The notes below the pieces were generated by a model that saw only the letters and a list, made by a program, of their open reading frames with translations, was not told the DNA's origin and ran no database searches. A DNA stretch of 63,490 nucleotides, taken from NCBI GenBank assembly GCA_903929185.1, contig CAIYTS010000140.1, positions 1 to 63,490 on the forward strand, written 5' to 3'. This DNA is from an uncultured Acidimicrobiaceae bacterium (lineage in GTDB: Bacteria; Actinomycetota; Acidimicrobiia; Acidimicrobiales; Ilumatobacteraceae). Shown here piece after piece: positions 9,227-19,561 of the stretch. Each line of letters opens with the position of its first letter. Position 1 is the stretch's first letter. Position numbers and translations under genes: made by a program.

Positions 9227-12200
9227 GTGGGTTCGTCATTTACACACCTCCACGTTCACACTGAGTACTCCATGCTCGACGGAGCAGCCCGTCTTGATGA
9301 ATTGGTCTCTAAGGCTGTGTCTGATGGTCAACAAGCTCTCGGCATTACTGACCACGGCAACATGTATGGCGTCATTGAGTTTTACAAAGAGTGTGTGAAG
9401 CAGGGCATCAAGCCCATCCTCGGTACTGAGGCCTACATGGCTCATGATCACCGTTCCGAACGCATCGCGCGAAGGGGACGTCTTGATGACAATGGCGGTT
9501 CCGATGAAGGCGGCCGCAAGCAGTACTACCACCTCACATTGTTGGCGGAGAACAACGAGGGGTATCGCAACCTCATTCAATTATCTAGCCTCGCTTTTCT
9601 TGAGGGATACCACTACAAACCCCGCGTTGACTGGGAACTGTTGGAGAAATATTCCTCTGGGCTCATGGCAACAACAGGGTGTCTTGGCGGACATGTGTTG
9701 CAGTCGCTTTTGAATGGCGATGAAAAGGGCGCAATCGCAAAGGCATCTCGATTGCAAGACATTTTCGGCAAAGACAATTTGTTTGTTGAGCTTCAAGATC
9801 ACGGCATCGCTAACCAACGAACCACTAATCCAAAATTGGTAGAGATCGCACGAGCAATTGGTGCGCCAATTATCGCCACTAATGATTCGCATTACGTCAA
9901 CCAAAGCGACCACATGGCACACGATGCGTTGTTGTGTGTGCAGACCGGTGCGTTAATGCGCGATCAAGATCGTTTTCGCTTTGAAGGTAATGAGCATTAC
10001 TTAAAAACTGCAGCTGAAATGCGTTCGGTATGGAAAGACTTGCCAGAGGCCTGCGACAACACATTGCTTATCGCTGAACGTGCGCAAGTTGATATCACTT
10101 TTGATGAATATCAAATTCCTGATTTCCCGATTCCTGCTGACTACAAGACTCCCGCTGACTATCTCTCATTCCTCACGTGGAAAGGCGCTCAGCAACGTTG
10201 GGGAGACAACTTGCCCTCCGCAGTTGTCGAACGACTCGCATTTGAGCTCAAAACAATTGGCGACATGGGCTTTGATGCGTACTTCCTCATTGTCTGGGAT
10301 CTCATTCGTCATGCTCGTGAGTCAAATATTCGAGTAGGGCCAGGTCGTGGATCCGCTGCTGGTTGCGCGGTTGCGTATTGCCTACGAATCACAGACCTTG
10401 ACCCATTGAAATACGACCTTCTGTTTGAGAGGTTCTTGAACCCATCGCGAATAAGCATGCCCGACATCGATATGGACTTTGACTCGCGGTACCGCGATCA
10501 CATGATTCAGTACGCAGCTGAGAAATACGGCCGCGATCACGTTGCACAAATCATTACTTTTGCCACCATTAAGGCGCGTAATGCCGTGAGAGATGCAGCC
10601 CGAGTACTGGGTCATGAATACGGAGTCGGTGACCGCATTGCCAAACTGATGCCGGCGCTTCAGCAAGGGCGCGACACTCCGCTTGCAGCCTGCTTTGAAT
10701 ACAGCGACGAACATGCCGCGGGGTATCGCGAGGCACAGGGACTGCGTGACTTGGTTCTGGCAGATGAGATTGCAGCAAAAGTTGTTGAAGTTGCACGAGG
10801 TCTAGAAGGTCTCAAGCGCTCAGACGGAATTCATGCTGCAGCAGTAGTGATCACCGGTAAGCCACTGATGGACTACCTGCCAATTCAGCGCAAGGGAAAT
10901 GATGCCCCCATAGTCACGCAATACGAAATGCACGCCGTTGAATCATTGGGTCTTCTCAAAATGGACTTCCTTGGTCTACGAAACCTTGACGTCATTGCTG
11001 ATGCAGTGGAGATGATCAGAGAACAAACTGATCCTGATTTTGATATCGACATCATTTCGCTAGAAGACACTGAAACGTTTGAGTTACTTGGCAGGGGAGA
11101 CACCATTGGCGTGTTCCAACTTGAGTCGTTACCAATGCAGAGTTTGTTGCGTCTGATGCGACCCACCGCATTTGAAGATGTCTGCGCAGTGATTGCCTTG
11201 TATCGCCCGGGTCCGATGAGCACGAAAATGCACACCACCTACGCAAAAATCAAGAACAACATTGAAGAACCTGAGTACTTCCATGAAGATGCTCGCGAAG
11301 TTTTGCACGACACGTATGGCCTCATGGTGTATCAGGAAAGCATGATGCGTGTTGCTCAGAAATTTGCTGGCTATTCACTTGCTCAGGCAGACAACTTGCG
11401 CAAAGCGTGCGGTAAGAAAGATCCGAAAGCCATGGCGGCTGAAGAAGGATCCTTTGTTGACGGTTGCGAAAAGACCGGATACGGCCGCCCGCTTGGCGAG
11501 AAGTTGTTCGACATCATTCGCGGATTCGCTGACTATGCATTCAATAAGAGCCATGCATACGGATACGGGTTAATTGCGTACCAAACTGCGTATCTCAAAG
11601 CGCATTTTCCCGTTGAATACTCCGCATGTCTGTTGTCGTCTGTTAAGGGCAACTATGAAAAAGCTGCGGTGCATCTGGCTGATGCTCGCTCTATCGGCAT
11701 CACAGTGTCAAACCCTGACATCAATGAAGGCCGTTCAGATTTCGCAGCTATTACTGCTGACGGCCAAAAGCGAATTGTGTTCGCTTTGTCTGGCGTGCGA
11801 AATGTCGGAGAAGGAATTGTTCTTCAGATTTTGGAAGAACGTGATCGCAATGGTCCGTATGAATCCTTCCATGATTTTGCAAACCGTGCTCCAGAACAAG
11901 CTCTCAACAAGCGTGCCGTTGAATCACTCATTAAGGCCGGAGCATTTGATTCGTTCGGACACCCACGTCGAGGATTGCTGATGGTCTTTGAGTCGATCAT
12001 TGATGCTGCGGTTGTCGCGCGCCGGGAAGAAGAAAAGGGCGTCATGTCGCTCTTTGGTGAAATGGAAGATGCATCGACCACTGGCTGGAGTTCAGAAGTA
12101 GCAATTCCCGACATGCAATTCACAAAGCCCGATCAGTTGCGCCATGAAAAAGAAATGTTAGGTCTTTACATTTCAGATCATCCACTGCGCGGAATCGAAC

Positions 12201-12736
12201 ATGCATTGCGCCGTCTCGTTACTAGTTCAATTCAAGAACTGGAAGCACGCGAATCCGGAATGGTCACCATTGGCGGAGTGATGTCCAGTTTGAACCGTCG
12301 CTTTACGAAGAAGGGCGACCAGATGGCGACATTTGTGTTGGAAGACATGGATGCAGCTATTGAAGTAACGGTCTTTGCAAAAGTATTAGCTGAGTACGGG
12401 CACTTACTGTCTGACGACCTTGTCGTCACCATTACTGGTCGGTTGAATCAACGTGATGATGCGCCACCTAGTTTTTCTGCTCAGAGAATTTCAGTACCGG
12501 AAAACTTGGGCGACAAAATTGCAGAAGTGGAACTGTCTCTTCCATCTGGTTTTACAGCGGAAAAACTTGAACGTCTCAAAGCAATCATCGCTGAATTTCC
12601 AGGTACTTCGCCGTGCAAGGTGAAGTTGGCCGGTGGCAAAGTATTTGATCTCGGACCTTCCGGATTAGTTGACTTTGAGAAGGCTCTCGGGCCATTGCGT
12701 GTCACCTTTGGCTCTAATGCCGTAAAAATCATCTAA
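9227..12736 (+). CDS. dnaE: DNA polymerase III alpha subunit
   Basis: 1169 aa. PHP domain start (FTHLHVHTEYSMLDGA), polymerase core, OB fold and C-terminal tail. AAGGAG lies upstream of the GTG start. Confidence 0.98.
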   Translation: MGSSFTHLHVHTEYSMLDGAARLDELVSKAVSDGQQALGITDHGNMYGVIEFYKECVKQGIKPILGTEAYMAHDHRSERIARRGRLDDNGGSDEGGRKQYYHLTLLAENNEGYRNLIQLSSLAFLEGYHYKPRVDWELLEKYSSGLMATTGCLGGHVLQSLLNGDEKGAIAKASRLQDIFGKDNLFVELQDHGIANQRTTNPKLVEIARAIGAPIIATNDSHYVNQSDHMAHDALLCVQTGALMRDQDRFRFEGNEHYLKTAAEMRSVWKDLPEACDNTLLIAERAQVDITFDEYQIPDFPIPADYKTPADYLSFLTWKGAQQRWGDNLPSAVVERLAFELKTIGDMGFDAYFLIVWDLIRHARESNIRVGPGRGSAAGCAVAYCLRITDLDPLKYDLLFERFLNPSRISMPDIDMDFDSRYRDHMIQYAAEKYGRDHVAQIITFATIKARNAVRDAARVLGHEYGVGDRIAKLMPALQQGRDTPLAACFEYSDEHAAGYREAQGLRDLVLADEIAAKVVEVARGLEGLKRSDGIHAAAVVITGKPLMDYLPIQRKGNDAPIVTQYEMHAVESLGLLKMDFLGLRNLDVIADAVEMIREQTDPDFDIDIISLEDTETFELLGRGDTIGVFQLESLPMQSLLRLMRPTAFEDVCAVIALYRPGPMSTKMHTTYAKIKNNIEEPEYFHEDAREVLHDTYGLMVYQESMMRVAQKFAGYSLAQADNLRKACGKKDPKAMAAEEGSFVDGCEKTGYGRPLGEKLFDIIRGFADYAFNKSHAYGYGLIAYQTAYLKAHFPVEYSACLLSSVKGNYEKAAVHLADARSIGITVSNPDINEGRSDFAAITADGQKRIVFALSGVRNVGEGIVLQILEERDRNGPYESFHDFANRAPEQALNKRAVESLIKAGAFDSFGHPRRGLLMVFESIIDAAVVARREEEKGVMSLFGEMEDASTTGWSSEVAIPDMQFTKPDQLRHEKEMLGLYISDHPLRGIEHALRRLVTSSIQELEARESGMVTIGGVMSSLNRRFTKKGDQMATFVLEDMDAAIEVTVFAKVLAEYGHLLSDDLVVTITGRLNQRDDAPPSFSAQRISVPENLGDKIAEVELSLPSGFTAEKLERLKAIIAEFPGTSPCKVKLAGGKVFDLGPSGLVDFEKALGPLRVTFGSNAVKII

Positions 12737-12836
12737 ATAACCCCTGATTTCAGGAATTGGCTGTTGGCAATGGCAGAATAGAAGGGTTGTTGTCGGCACT
12801 AGTGCCGCCCGAGTGTCATAGGGAGTCACCCAGTCA

Positions 12837-13496
12837 ATGTCGTTGGAAGTTGCCACACAAGACTGCAGCGCACTCACTGAGGCTCAGTTTGAGGAATTCC
12901 TCACCATTGAGGGTTCTTTTACTGCGGAGCAATTTGCGAAGGCCGGAACAGACTGGGTGTTGTGCACTCTTGCCCGCATTGATGGCAAATTGCATGGTGT
13001 TACTTTTTCAACGCTTGAACGCATTGGCGGAACTCCATGTGTCTTGCTCGGTCTCATGACCATCAAGCGCACCGCAAAGCGTGATTCTGTTCTCAAAGGT
13101 TTAATGACAGAGGCGTACCATCGTGCACTCATGGCGTTTCCTGACGAAGACGTTGTCGTTGGCAGCCGGTTCGCAACAGCCGATGGCATGGAAGCCTTGA
13201 AGGCTGTCACCGACATGATTCCTACGTTCGGACATCGCGCTGTCGGTGAAGAGCGAGCATGGGGTCGTCGCCTCGCTCGTCGTTTTGGCGTCGATTCCAC
13301 CTATGACGAAAAAACATTCATTGTTGCATCGGGCGGACAAAGCGGATTCCTTGATCACGAGTCATTGAAGCCCGAAAAAATCTCACCAGAAATCACTTCC
13401 TTGTTCGAGGGCGTTAATCCGAAAAAGGGTGGCGTGTTGATTGTTCATGGTTGGACCATGGCTGAAAGCCTTGTCAAGCTCGGCGCTCGCGTCTAA
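12837..13496 (+). CDS. Hypothetical protein (no confident family assignment; possibly an acyltransferase-like fold)
   Basis: 219-aa ORF with a GGGAG SD 11 nt upstream and normal composition. It is followed after 4 nt by the nitroreductase gene. I recognise no diagnostic motif. Confidence 0.55.
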   Translation: MSLEVATQDCSALTEAQFEEFLTIEGSFTAEQFAKAGTDWVLCTLARIDGKLHGVTFSTLERIGGTPCVLLGLMTIKRTAKRDSVLKGLMTEAYHRALMAFPDEDVVVGSRFATADGMEALKAVTDMIPTFGHRAVGEERAWGRRLARRFGVDSTYDEKTFIVASGGQSGFLDHESLKPEKISPEITSLFEGVNPKKGGVLIVHGWTMAESLVKLGARV

Positions 13497-13500
13497 GTCA

Positions 13501-14100
13501 GTGAACTTCACCGACATCGTCCGTTCACGTCGGATGTCGAGATCTTTTTCCGATCAATCAGTCGATCCTGCAGTTATTACATCGTGCATTGATTTAGCAA
13601 GCCGTGCACCAAGTGCAGGAAAGTCTCAGGGTTGGCATGTTCTTCTTCTCGAGAATGAAGTAACACATCGATATTGGGATATCGCACTTCCGGTAGAAAA
13701 GCGAGAGAGTTTTGCTTTTCCACTGTTGCTGCGTGCACCCGTCATCGCCATCAGCATGTGTGATCCCACTGCGTATCTTGAGCGGTATTCAGAACCTGAT
13801 AAAAAGGCAACAGGCCTTGGGGTCGGGCGTGATCAATGGCCTGCGCCGTATTGGACCATCGATGCGTCGTTTGCCACGATGACATTTCTTCTTGCGTTAG
13901 AAGATGCAAAATTGGGAGCTCTCTTTTTTGCTCACTCAAATGAACAGTCGTTGCGACGCGAGTTCAATATTCCTGACCACATAGAAATTTTGGGAACAAT
14001 AGCCATTGGGCATGAAGTCGACGGCCAGAAACGACAAGGCCGCAGTGCTCAGCGAGTTCGTCGTTCAGTGGAATCGATTATTCACCAAAAGAACTGGTAG
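13501..14100 (+). CDS. Nitroreductase family protein
   Basis: The ORF opens at 13441, but the GTG at 13501 gives the typical N-terminus ([22 protein letters not shown]) and avoids overlap with the upstream gene. Contains [11 protein letters not shown] and other FMN-nitroreductase fold signatures. Confidence 0.8.
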   Translation: MNFTDIVRSRRMSRSFSDQSVDPAVITSCIDLASRAPSAGKSQGWHVLLLENEVTHRYWDIALPVEKRESFAFPLLLRAPVIAISMCDPTAYLERYSEPDKKATGLGVGRDQWPAPYWTIDASFATMTFLLALEDAKLGALFFAHSNEQSLRREFNIPDHIEILGTIAIGHEVDGQKRQGRSAQRVRRSVESIIHQKNW

Positions 14101-16075
14101 CGATTCGTTTGCGCAGTTCTTCAGCGGTAGTCGCCGGAAGCAAGCATTCGTGATTACGGCACACGTACGCCTTTCCTGCTTCTCTGCCGGCCCACAATGG
14201 TGAATCCATTGGGTCTCCCCACACCGTGACCGCATTGGGCAACCACTGTGAACGCACGGTGGCAAGGAGTGCAGGATTGTTTCCCGGAATCACAATCTCC
14301 ACTGCGCCTTCTTGAGCAAACAGAGAAGCCGAGATTGCATTACAGAAGCCTGTTGCAGCAGATGGCGCGACACGGGCGAGCAAGGCAAGAATCTGATGGG
14401 CATGTGTTTCTAATTTCGTATCACCAGTAATTGCTGCCAGACGTAGAAAGGCGTACGCCGCTACTGAGTTTGCAGATGGCGTTGCATTGTCCATTAAGTC
14501 TTTCTGACGAACAATCAGTTGTTCGGAAGATGAGGCAACTGTGAATACACCGCCGTGTTCCGGATCCCAGTATTCGTCAATCAATTGATGAGCGGTCTCA
14601 GTAGCAATCTGTAGCCACGAATGAGTTGCTGTTAGTTCATACATGCGAGTCATCGCATCAACCACATGGGCCAAGTCGTGGGCCAATGCACTGTGTTGTG
14701 AATGGGGAACAGAGTCTTCTTGCCAACTGCGTGACCATACGCCATCTGTATTACGCAATTCAGACACGAGAAATTGAGCATTCTTTTCTGCTACGGGTAT
14801 CAAGTCGAGTCGATTGAAGGCAGATATTGATTCGCACAATGACGAGAGCATCATTGCGTTCCATTCCGTCAAGACTTTGTTGTCAAGGCCAGGTCGTGGT
14901 CGAGTTGCACGGTGATGGAAAAGGCGATGGCGTGCAGATTCAATTTCTGGTGGGCGTTGTAATGCGCCTCTTTGAGGAATGCGATGTGGAATTGAACGGC
15001 CTTCAAAATTGCCGGGTTCAGAAATGTTCCACCATTCGAGAGTAATGGCAGCATCCTTGCCAAGAACAGCTGTTACTTCATGTGGTGTCCAGGTGTAGAA
15101 GGCGCCTTCTTCGGAATGCCCGTGTTGGTCAAGAGAGTCAGCATCTTCTGCACTGTAGAAACCACCATCGGGATGGCTCATTTCGTCAATGACGTAGGCA
15201 ATGATTTCTTCTGCGGTTTGCCGATGTCTGTCGTTATGTTCAATCAGCCATGCATGCGTGTATGTGCGAAGCAGGAGCGCCTGGTCGTACAGCATTTTTT
15301 CAAAATGGGGGACTAGCCATTTTTCATCCACGCTGTATCGAGAGAAGCCTCCACCAATGTGGTCGTACATGCCGCCTGCTGCCATGGCATCAAGCGATGT
15401 TGTCACCATTTCTAGAAACTGTTCATCGTGCGATCTCTGGTGCTGTCGCATTGCGAGATCAAGTGCAAATGTAGAGGGAAATTTTGGTGCAGAGCCAAAC
15501 CCACCCCATCGGGAGTCAAAGCTCTGGCTCATTGCTTGAACTGCTGTAGCCGCAAGTTCACGTGCATCAAAGGCGGCAACTGGGGCGATACGTGCAGTTC
15601 TGCCAACTGCTTCAATCAGTGCGTCAACATTTTGTTGTAGATCTTCTCGCTTGTTTCGCCATGCATCATCAACAGCATGCATCAGCTTCACAAAAGATTC
15701 TTGTGGGTAATACGTTCCGCCGTAGAACGGTTCTCCCGTTGGAGTACAGAACACAGTCATCGGCCAGCCGCCACGGCCGGTCATTGCTTGAACCGCATCC
15801 ATGTAAATCGCATCGACATCGGGTCGTTCTTCTCGATCTACTTTGATATTGACGAAGAGTTCGTTCATGACAGCTGCTGTTGCGTTGTCTTCGAAACTTT
15901 CATGCGCCATCACGTGGCACCAGTGGCATGCCGAGTACCCGACCGACAATAAAATTGGTTTACCAGTGCGTGCAGCTTCGGCGAACGCTTCGTCGCCCCA
16001 TTGAAACCAATCGACAGGATTATCTCGGTGTTGTCGCAGGTACGGCGACGACGCCTCAGACAGTTTGTTTGTCAC
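14078..16075 (-). CDS. Thioredoxin domain-containing protein (DUF255 / YyaL family, N-terminal thioredoxin fold plus six-hairpin glycosidase-like domain)
   Basis: 665 aa with [22 protein letters not shown]...[13 protein letters not shown] and a long alpha/alpha-toroid-like C-terminal part. Its start overlaps the fabI stop by 4 nt. Confidence 0.88.
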   Translation of the reverse strand: MTNKLSEASSPYLRQHRDNPVDWFQWGDEAFAEAARTGKPILLSVGYSACHWCHVMAHESFEDNATAAVMNELFVNIKVDREERPDVDAIYMDAVQAMTGRGGWPMTVFCTPTGEPFYGGTYYPQESFVKLMHAVDDAWRNKREDLQQNVDALIEAVGRTARIAPVAAFDARELAATAVQAMSQSFDSRWGGFGSAPKFPSTFALDLAMRQHQRSHDEQFLEMVTTSLDAMAAGGMYDHIGGGFSRYSVDEKWLVPHFEKMLYDQALLLRTYTHAWLIEHNDRHRQTAEEIIAYVIDEMSHPDGGFYSAEDADSLDQHGHSEEGAFYTWTPHEVTAVLGKDAAITLEWWNISEPGNFEGRSIPHRIPQRGALQRPPEIESARHRLFHHRATRPRPGLDNKVLTEWNAMMLSSLCESISAFNRLDLIPVAEKNAQFLVSELRNTDGVWSRSWQEDSVPHSQHSALAHDLAHVVDAMTRMYELTATHSWLQIATETAHQLIDEYWDPEHGGVFTVASSSEQLIVRQKDLMDNATPSANSVAAYAFLRLAAITGDTKLETHAHQILALLARVAPSAATGFCNAISASLFAQEGAVEIVIPGNNPALLATVRSQWLPNAVTVWGDPMDSPLWAGREAGKAYVCRNHECLLPATTAEELRKRIATSSFGE

Positions 16076-16839
16076 GCGCCCATGGCGTGAAAGCCGCCGT
16101 CAACATGGATTACTTCGCCAGTTGTCGCAGGAAACCAATCCGACATAAGGGCGAGAACTGTCTTTGCCACGGGAATGGGATCAGAAACATCCCAGCCAAG
16201 GGGAGCGCGGTCGTCCCAAATGTCTTCAAACTTTTTAAAACCGGGAATTGACTTTGCCGCCATTGTTTTAATAGGACCTGCAGCAACCAAGTTGCAACGA
16301 ATGCCTCGTGGTCCGAGTTCCTTTGCCAAATAGCGACTGGTTGATTCAAACGCGGCCTTAGCAACGCCCATCCAGTTGTATGCGGGCCAAGCAACGGTGT
16401 TGTCGAAGTCGAGACCAACAATTGATCCACCCGGTGACATCAACGGCAGAAATGCATCGACGAGTGTCTTTAATGAATACGCAGAAATTTGCATGGCGAT
16501 TGCGACGTCGCTCCATTGAGCAGCCAAGAAGTCGTCTCCGAGGCATATCTCTGGCGCAAAGCCGATTGCGTGTAACACGCCATCGACATGTCCTAAAGAC
16601 GTGCGCACTTGTTCACGAACTGATTCGACGTGTTCAGGAACGGTGACATCGAACTCAAAGACATCAACAGGTGAATCAAGTCTGCGTGCAGATCGCTGGG
16701 TGAGCGAGAGTGCGCGACCGGCACCCGTGAGCACTACTTGAGCGCCTTCACGTTGTGCTAGCTGCGCCACGCTAAATGCCAAAGAGGCGTCTGTTAGGAC
16801 ACCTGTCACAACGATTTTTTTGCCTTCAAGAAGTCCCAT
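16072..16839 (-). CDS. fabI: Enoyl-[acyl-carrier-protein] reductase (NADH), FabI/InhA type
   Basis: 255 aa, SDR fold ([17 protein letters not shown]), catalytic Y...K region ([13 protein letters not shown]-like) and [12 protein letters not shown]. Confidence 0.92.
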   Translation of the reverse strand: MGLLEGKKIVVTGVLTDASLAFSVAQLAQREGAQVVLTGAGRALSLTQRSARRLDSPVDVFEFDVTVPEHVESVREQVRTSLGHVDGVLHAIGFAPEICLGDDFLAAQWSDVAIAMQISAYSLKTLVDAFLPLMSPGGSIVGLDFDNTVAWPAYNWMGVAKAAFESTSRYLAKELGPRGIRCNLVAAGPIKTMAAKSIPGFKKFEDIWDDRAPLGWDVSDPIPVAKTVLALMSDWFPATTGEVIHVDGGFHAMGA

Positions 16840-16886
16840 TCATATGACCGTAGTTCGCAAGGGGTCTATGTGTAAGGCTCTACGGA

Positions 16887-17564
16887 ATGCGTATTGGAAT
16901 ATTGGGCGGCACCGGACCCGCCGGAAGTGCCCTCGGGGCGCGCCTTGCTTCGGTTGGGTATGAAGTGATTATTGGGTCACGGTCCAAAGATCGAGCCTCC
17001 GAGGTATGTGATGCACTGAAAGCCAAGTGGCCAAATCTCACTCTTAATTTGAGTGGCGGTGACAATGACGATGCGTCGGCATGCGACGTTGTGGTTCTTG
17101 CTACTCCGTGGGATTCTGCTGCAACGACCGCTCGTGATCACATTGATTTATTGCGTGGCAAAGTAATCATCAGCATGGCAAACGCGCTCGTGCGAGTCGG
17201 TCATGAATTTCAACCACTGTTGCCACCTCGCGGAAGTGTTGCTGCTCATGTGCAGGCAGCAGTCCCTGAGTGTCGTGTAGTTGCTGCTTTTCACCACTTG
17301 CCTGCAACAGAACTTGGACATCTCGGTGATCCCATTGATTCAGACGTGTTGATTTGCTCAGACAGTTCAGAGGCCCGAACCATCGTGATGGACATCACCG
17401 CTCATATCCCCGGATGTCGTCCACTTGATGCTGGTGAATTATCAAACGCAACAGCCATTGAGGCGTTCACAGCGGTGTTGTTGCAACTGAACGTTCGCTA
17501 CAAAACACGAGTTGCACCGAAACTTACGGGCATCACGAAAGACCCTCGGGCGAAAGCTCTATAA
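16887..17564 (+). CDS. npdG: NADPH-dependent F420 reductase (F420H2:NADP+ oxidoreductase)
   Basis: 225 aa starting MRIGILGGTGPAGSALGARLA (Rossmann fold), with the overall Fno/NpdG layout and length. Confidence 0.8.
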   Translation: MRIGILGGTGPAGSALGARLASVGYEVIIGSRSKDRASEVCDALKAKWPNLTLNLSGGDNDDASACDVVVLATPWDSAATTARDHIDLLRGKVIISMANALVRVGHEFQPLLPPRGSVAAHVQAAVPECRVVAAFHHLPATELGHLGDPIDSDVLICSDSSEARTIVMDITAHIPGCRPLDAGELSNATAIEAFTAVLLQLNVRYKTRVAPKLTGITKDPRAKAL

Positions 17565-17566
17565 AT

Positions 17567-18712
17567 ATGTCAATGCGTTTGTACGACACTGCGCGGCGAG
17601 ACATCGTGCCATTCACTCCAGATGAGTTGGTGCTGATGTACACATGCGGCATCACGCCGTACGACGCGACACATTTAGGTCATGCATCTACGTTTCTTTT
17701 CTATGACATTTTGCAACGCCGCCTGATTGATCTCGGTCACACTGTCCGGTGCGTACGTAATATCACAGACGTTGATGATCCGTTGTTTGCAAAAGCTCGA
17801 GAACTCGGTGTTCATTATCTAGATCTGGCAGCAGGCGAAGAGGCTCGTTTCAATCGGGATATGGAAGCTCTCGAGATGTTGCCTGCGTACAGCACGCCAC
17901 GAGCATCGTCAGCTATCACTGATATCCGTAAGTTCATCGGACTTGTTCTTGAGCGTGGTTTCGCGTATGCCGTTGGCGGTTCTGTGTATTTCGATGTCAC
18001 AAAAGTTCCAACATTCGGAGAAGTGTCGCATTACAGCCACGAACAAATGTTGGAGTTCGCTCGTCAACGTGGGGGCAATGTCGATGATCCGCAGAAACGC
18101 AATCCGCTCGATTTTGTTTTGTGGCATCCATCAGCAGATGACGAACCAGCGTGGGATGCAACATGGGGTGCAGGTCGTCCCGGCTGGCATATCGAGTGTT
18201 CAGCACTCGCGCTGCGTGACCTCGGCACCACCATTGATTTACACGGCGGCGGAAGCGATCTGATATTTCCTCATCATGAATGCGAACGAGCACAGTCCGA
18301 AGCTGCAACAGGTGAAACTTTTGTGAAGCATTGGATGCACGTTGCAATGGTGTTCAAAGACGGCGAGAAGATGTCAAAGAGTCTCGGCAACTTGGTGTTT
18401 GTTGATCAGCTGCGCACAGTGTGGGATCCACGTTCGATCCGTATCGCGATTATTGAACACCATTACCGCAAGGAATGGGAATGGGATGAAACCCTGATGC
18501 CTCGTAGTTCGGCGCGCCTCACTGAGTGGGTCGCATCAGTCGGGGGAACGCAATCTGACCTCTTGGACTCTGTGAGGGCGTGTCTCGATAATGATCTCGA
18601 TACGCCTGGTGCGCTGGCTCTCATTGACGCAGCTGCTGCTGACGGCAAAGACGTCAGTGCGTCGGCTGCCTTGCTGGGGGTCGAATTACTGACTCCTGTT
18701 GGGCCGCGCTAG
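17567..18712 (+). CDS. mshC: L-cysteine:1D-myo-inositol 2-amino-2-deoxy-alpha-D-glucopyranoside ligase (mycothiol ligase MshC)
   Basis: 381 aa CysRS paralogue with MYTCGITPYDATHLGHA, NITDVDDPLF and KMSKSLGN. It lacks the CysRS anticodon-binding extension, as expected for MshC. Confidence 0.85.
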   Translation: MSMRLYDTARRDIVPFTPDELVLMYTCGITPYDATHLGHASTFLFYDILQRRLIDLGHTVRCVRNITDVDDPLFAKARELGVHYLDLAAGEEARFNRDMEALEMLPAYSTPRASSAITDIRKFIGLVLERGFAYAVGGSVYFDVTKVPTFGEVSHYSHEQMLEFARQRGGNVDDPQKRNPLDFVLWHPSADDEPAWDATWGAGRPGWHIECSALALRDLGTTIDLHGGGSDLIFPHHECERAQSEAATGETFVKHWMHVAMVFKDGEKMSKSLGNLVFVDQLRTVWDPRSIRIAIIEHHYRKEWEWDETLMPRSSARLTEWVASVGGTQSDLLDSVRACLDNDLDTPGALALIDAAAADGKDVSASAALLGVELLTPVGPR

Positions 18713-18766
18713 TAACTCCCGTAGCCCGTCGTGAGGTGTCTGAATCACGACTAATATGTGAAAAGC

Positions 18767-19516
18767 ATGGCAACGCAATCAGACTCGCATTCATCTGTAG
18801 ATGAATTTGCATCGTCGACAGCCAGTCGGGCTCAACCGCGGGCACGTGCACTGCTGAAACCTCTCACCACAAAGTTGTGGAAGTGTCGTTTCGAAGGTTT
18901 TGAAAACATTCCCGAGACCGGTCCAGCTATTTTGTGTCCGAACCACATCAGTTTTCTCGACTCTGTTTTCACTATGGTCCATGCAGGTCGACAAATTAGT
19001 TTTGTTGGCAAAGCCGAATACATGGATTCATGGAAGACGAAGTATTTGTTTCCCGCCCTTGGCATGATTCCTATTGATCGTTCAGGCGGTTCGAAAAGTG
19101 AAGGGGCTCTGTTGGCCGCTGAAGCAGTGCTTCGACGTGGAGAACTCTTTGGTATTTACCCCGAAGGAACGCGTAGTCGAGATGGCATGTTGTACAAGGG
19201 CCACACGGGGGCAGCACGCTTAGCTATGAAAGTGGGGTGTCCCATTCTGCCGGTCGGCATTATCGGCACTCGAGAGATTCAACCTCCAGACACTGTGATG
19301 CCGCGTTTTGGACTTGAATGCACAATCAAAATTGGCGCGCCGATTGACGTGTCCCGATATCGCGATCGTGCAGATGACCATATGGTGCTCCGAGAAATTA
19401 CTGATGAGCTGATGTTTGAAATCCAAGCTCTCACTGGGCAGGAATATCGCAATGTCTATGCCACCAAGCGTGCAGAGAGCATCCCGACAGACCAGGCAGT
19501 GTTGAATCACAGCTAA
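18767..19516 (+). CDS. 1-acyl-sn-glycerol-3-phosphate acyltransferase family protein
   Basis: NHISFLDS (HX4D) and YPEGTRS motifs. ATG 18767 is preferred (TAATAT box at 18752-18757); GTG 18758 is also in frame. Confidence 0.85.
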   Translation: MATQSDSHSSVDEFASSTASRAQPRARALLKPLTTKLWKCRFEGFENIPETGPAILCPNHISFLDSVFTMVHAGRQISFVGKAEYMDSWKTKYLFPALGMIPIDRSGGSKSEGALLAAEAVLRRGELFGIYPEGTRSRDGMLYKGHTGAARLAMKVGCPILPVGIIGTREIQPPDTVMPRFGLECTIKIGAPIDVSRYRDRADDHMVLREITDELMFEIQALTGQEYRNVYATKRAESIPTDQAVLNHS

Positions 19517-19561
19517 ATAGACCCGAGCCGACACTCTCGTCAGCCGTAGAATGGTCGTCTC

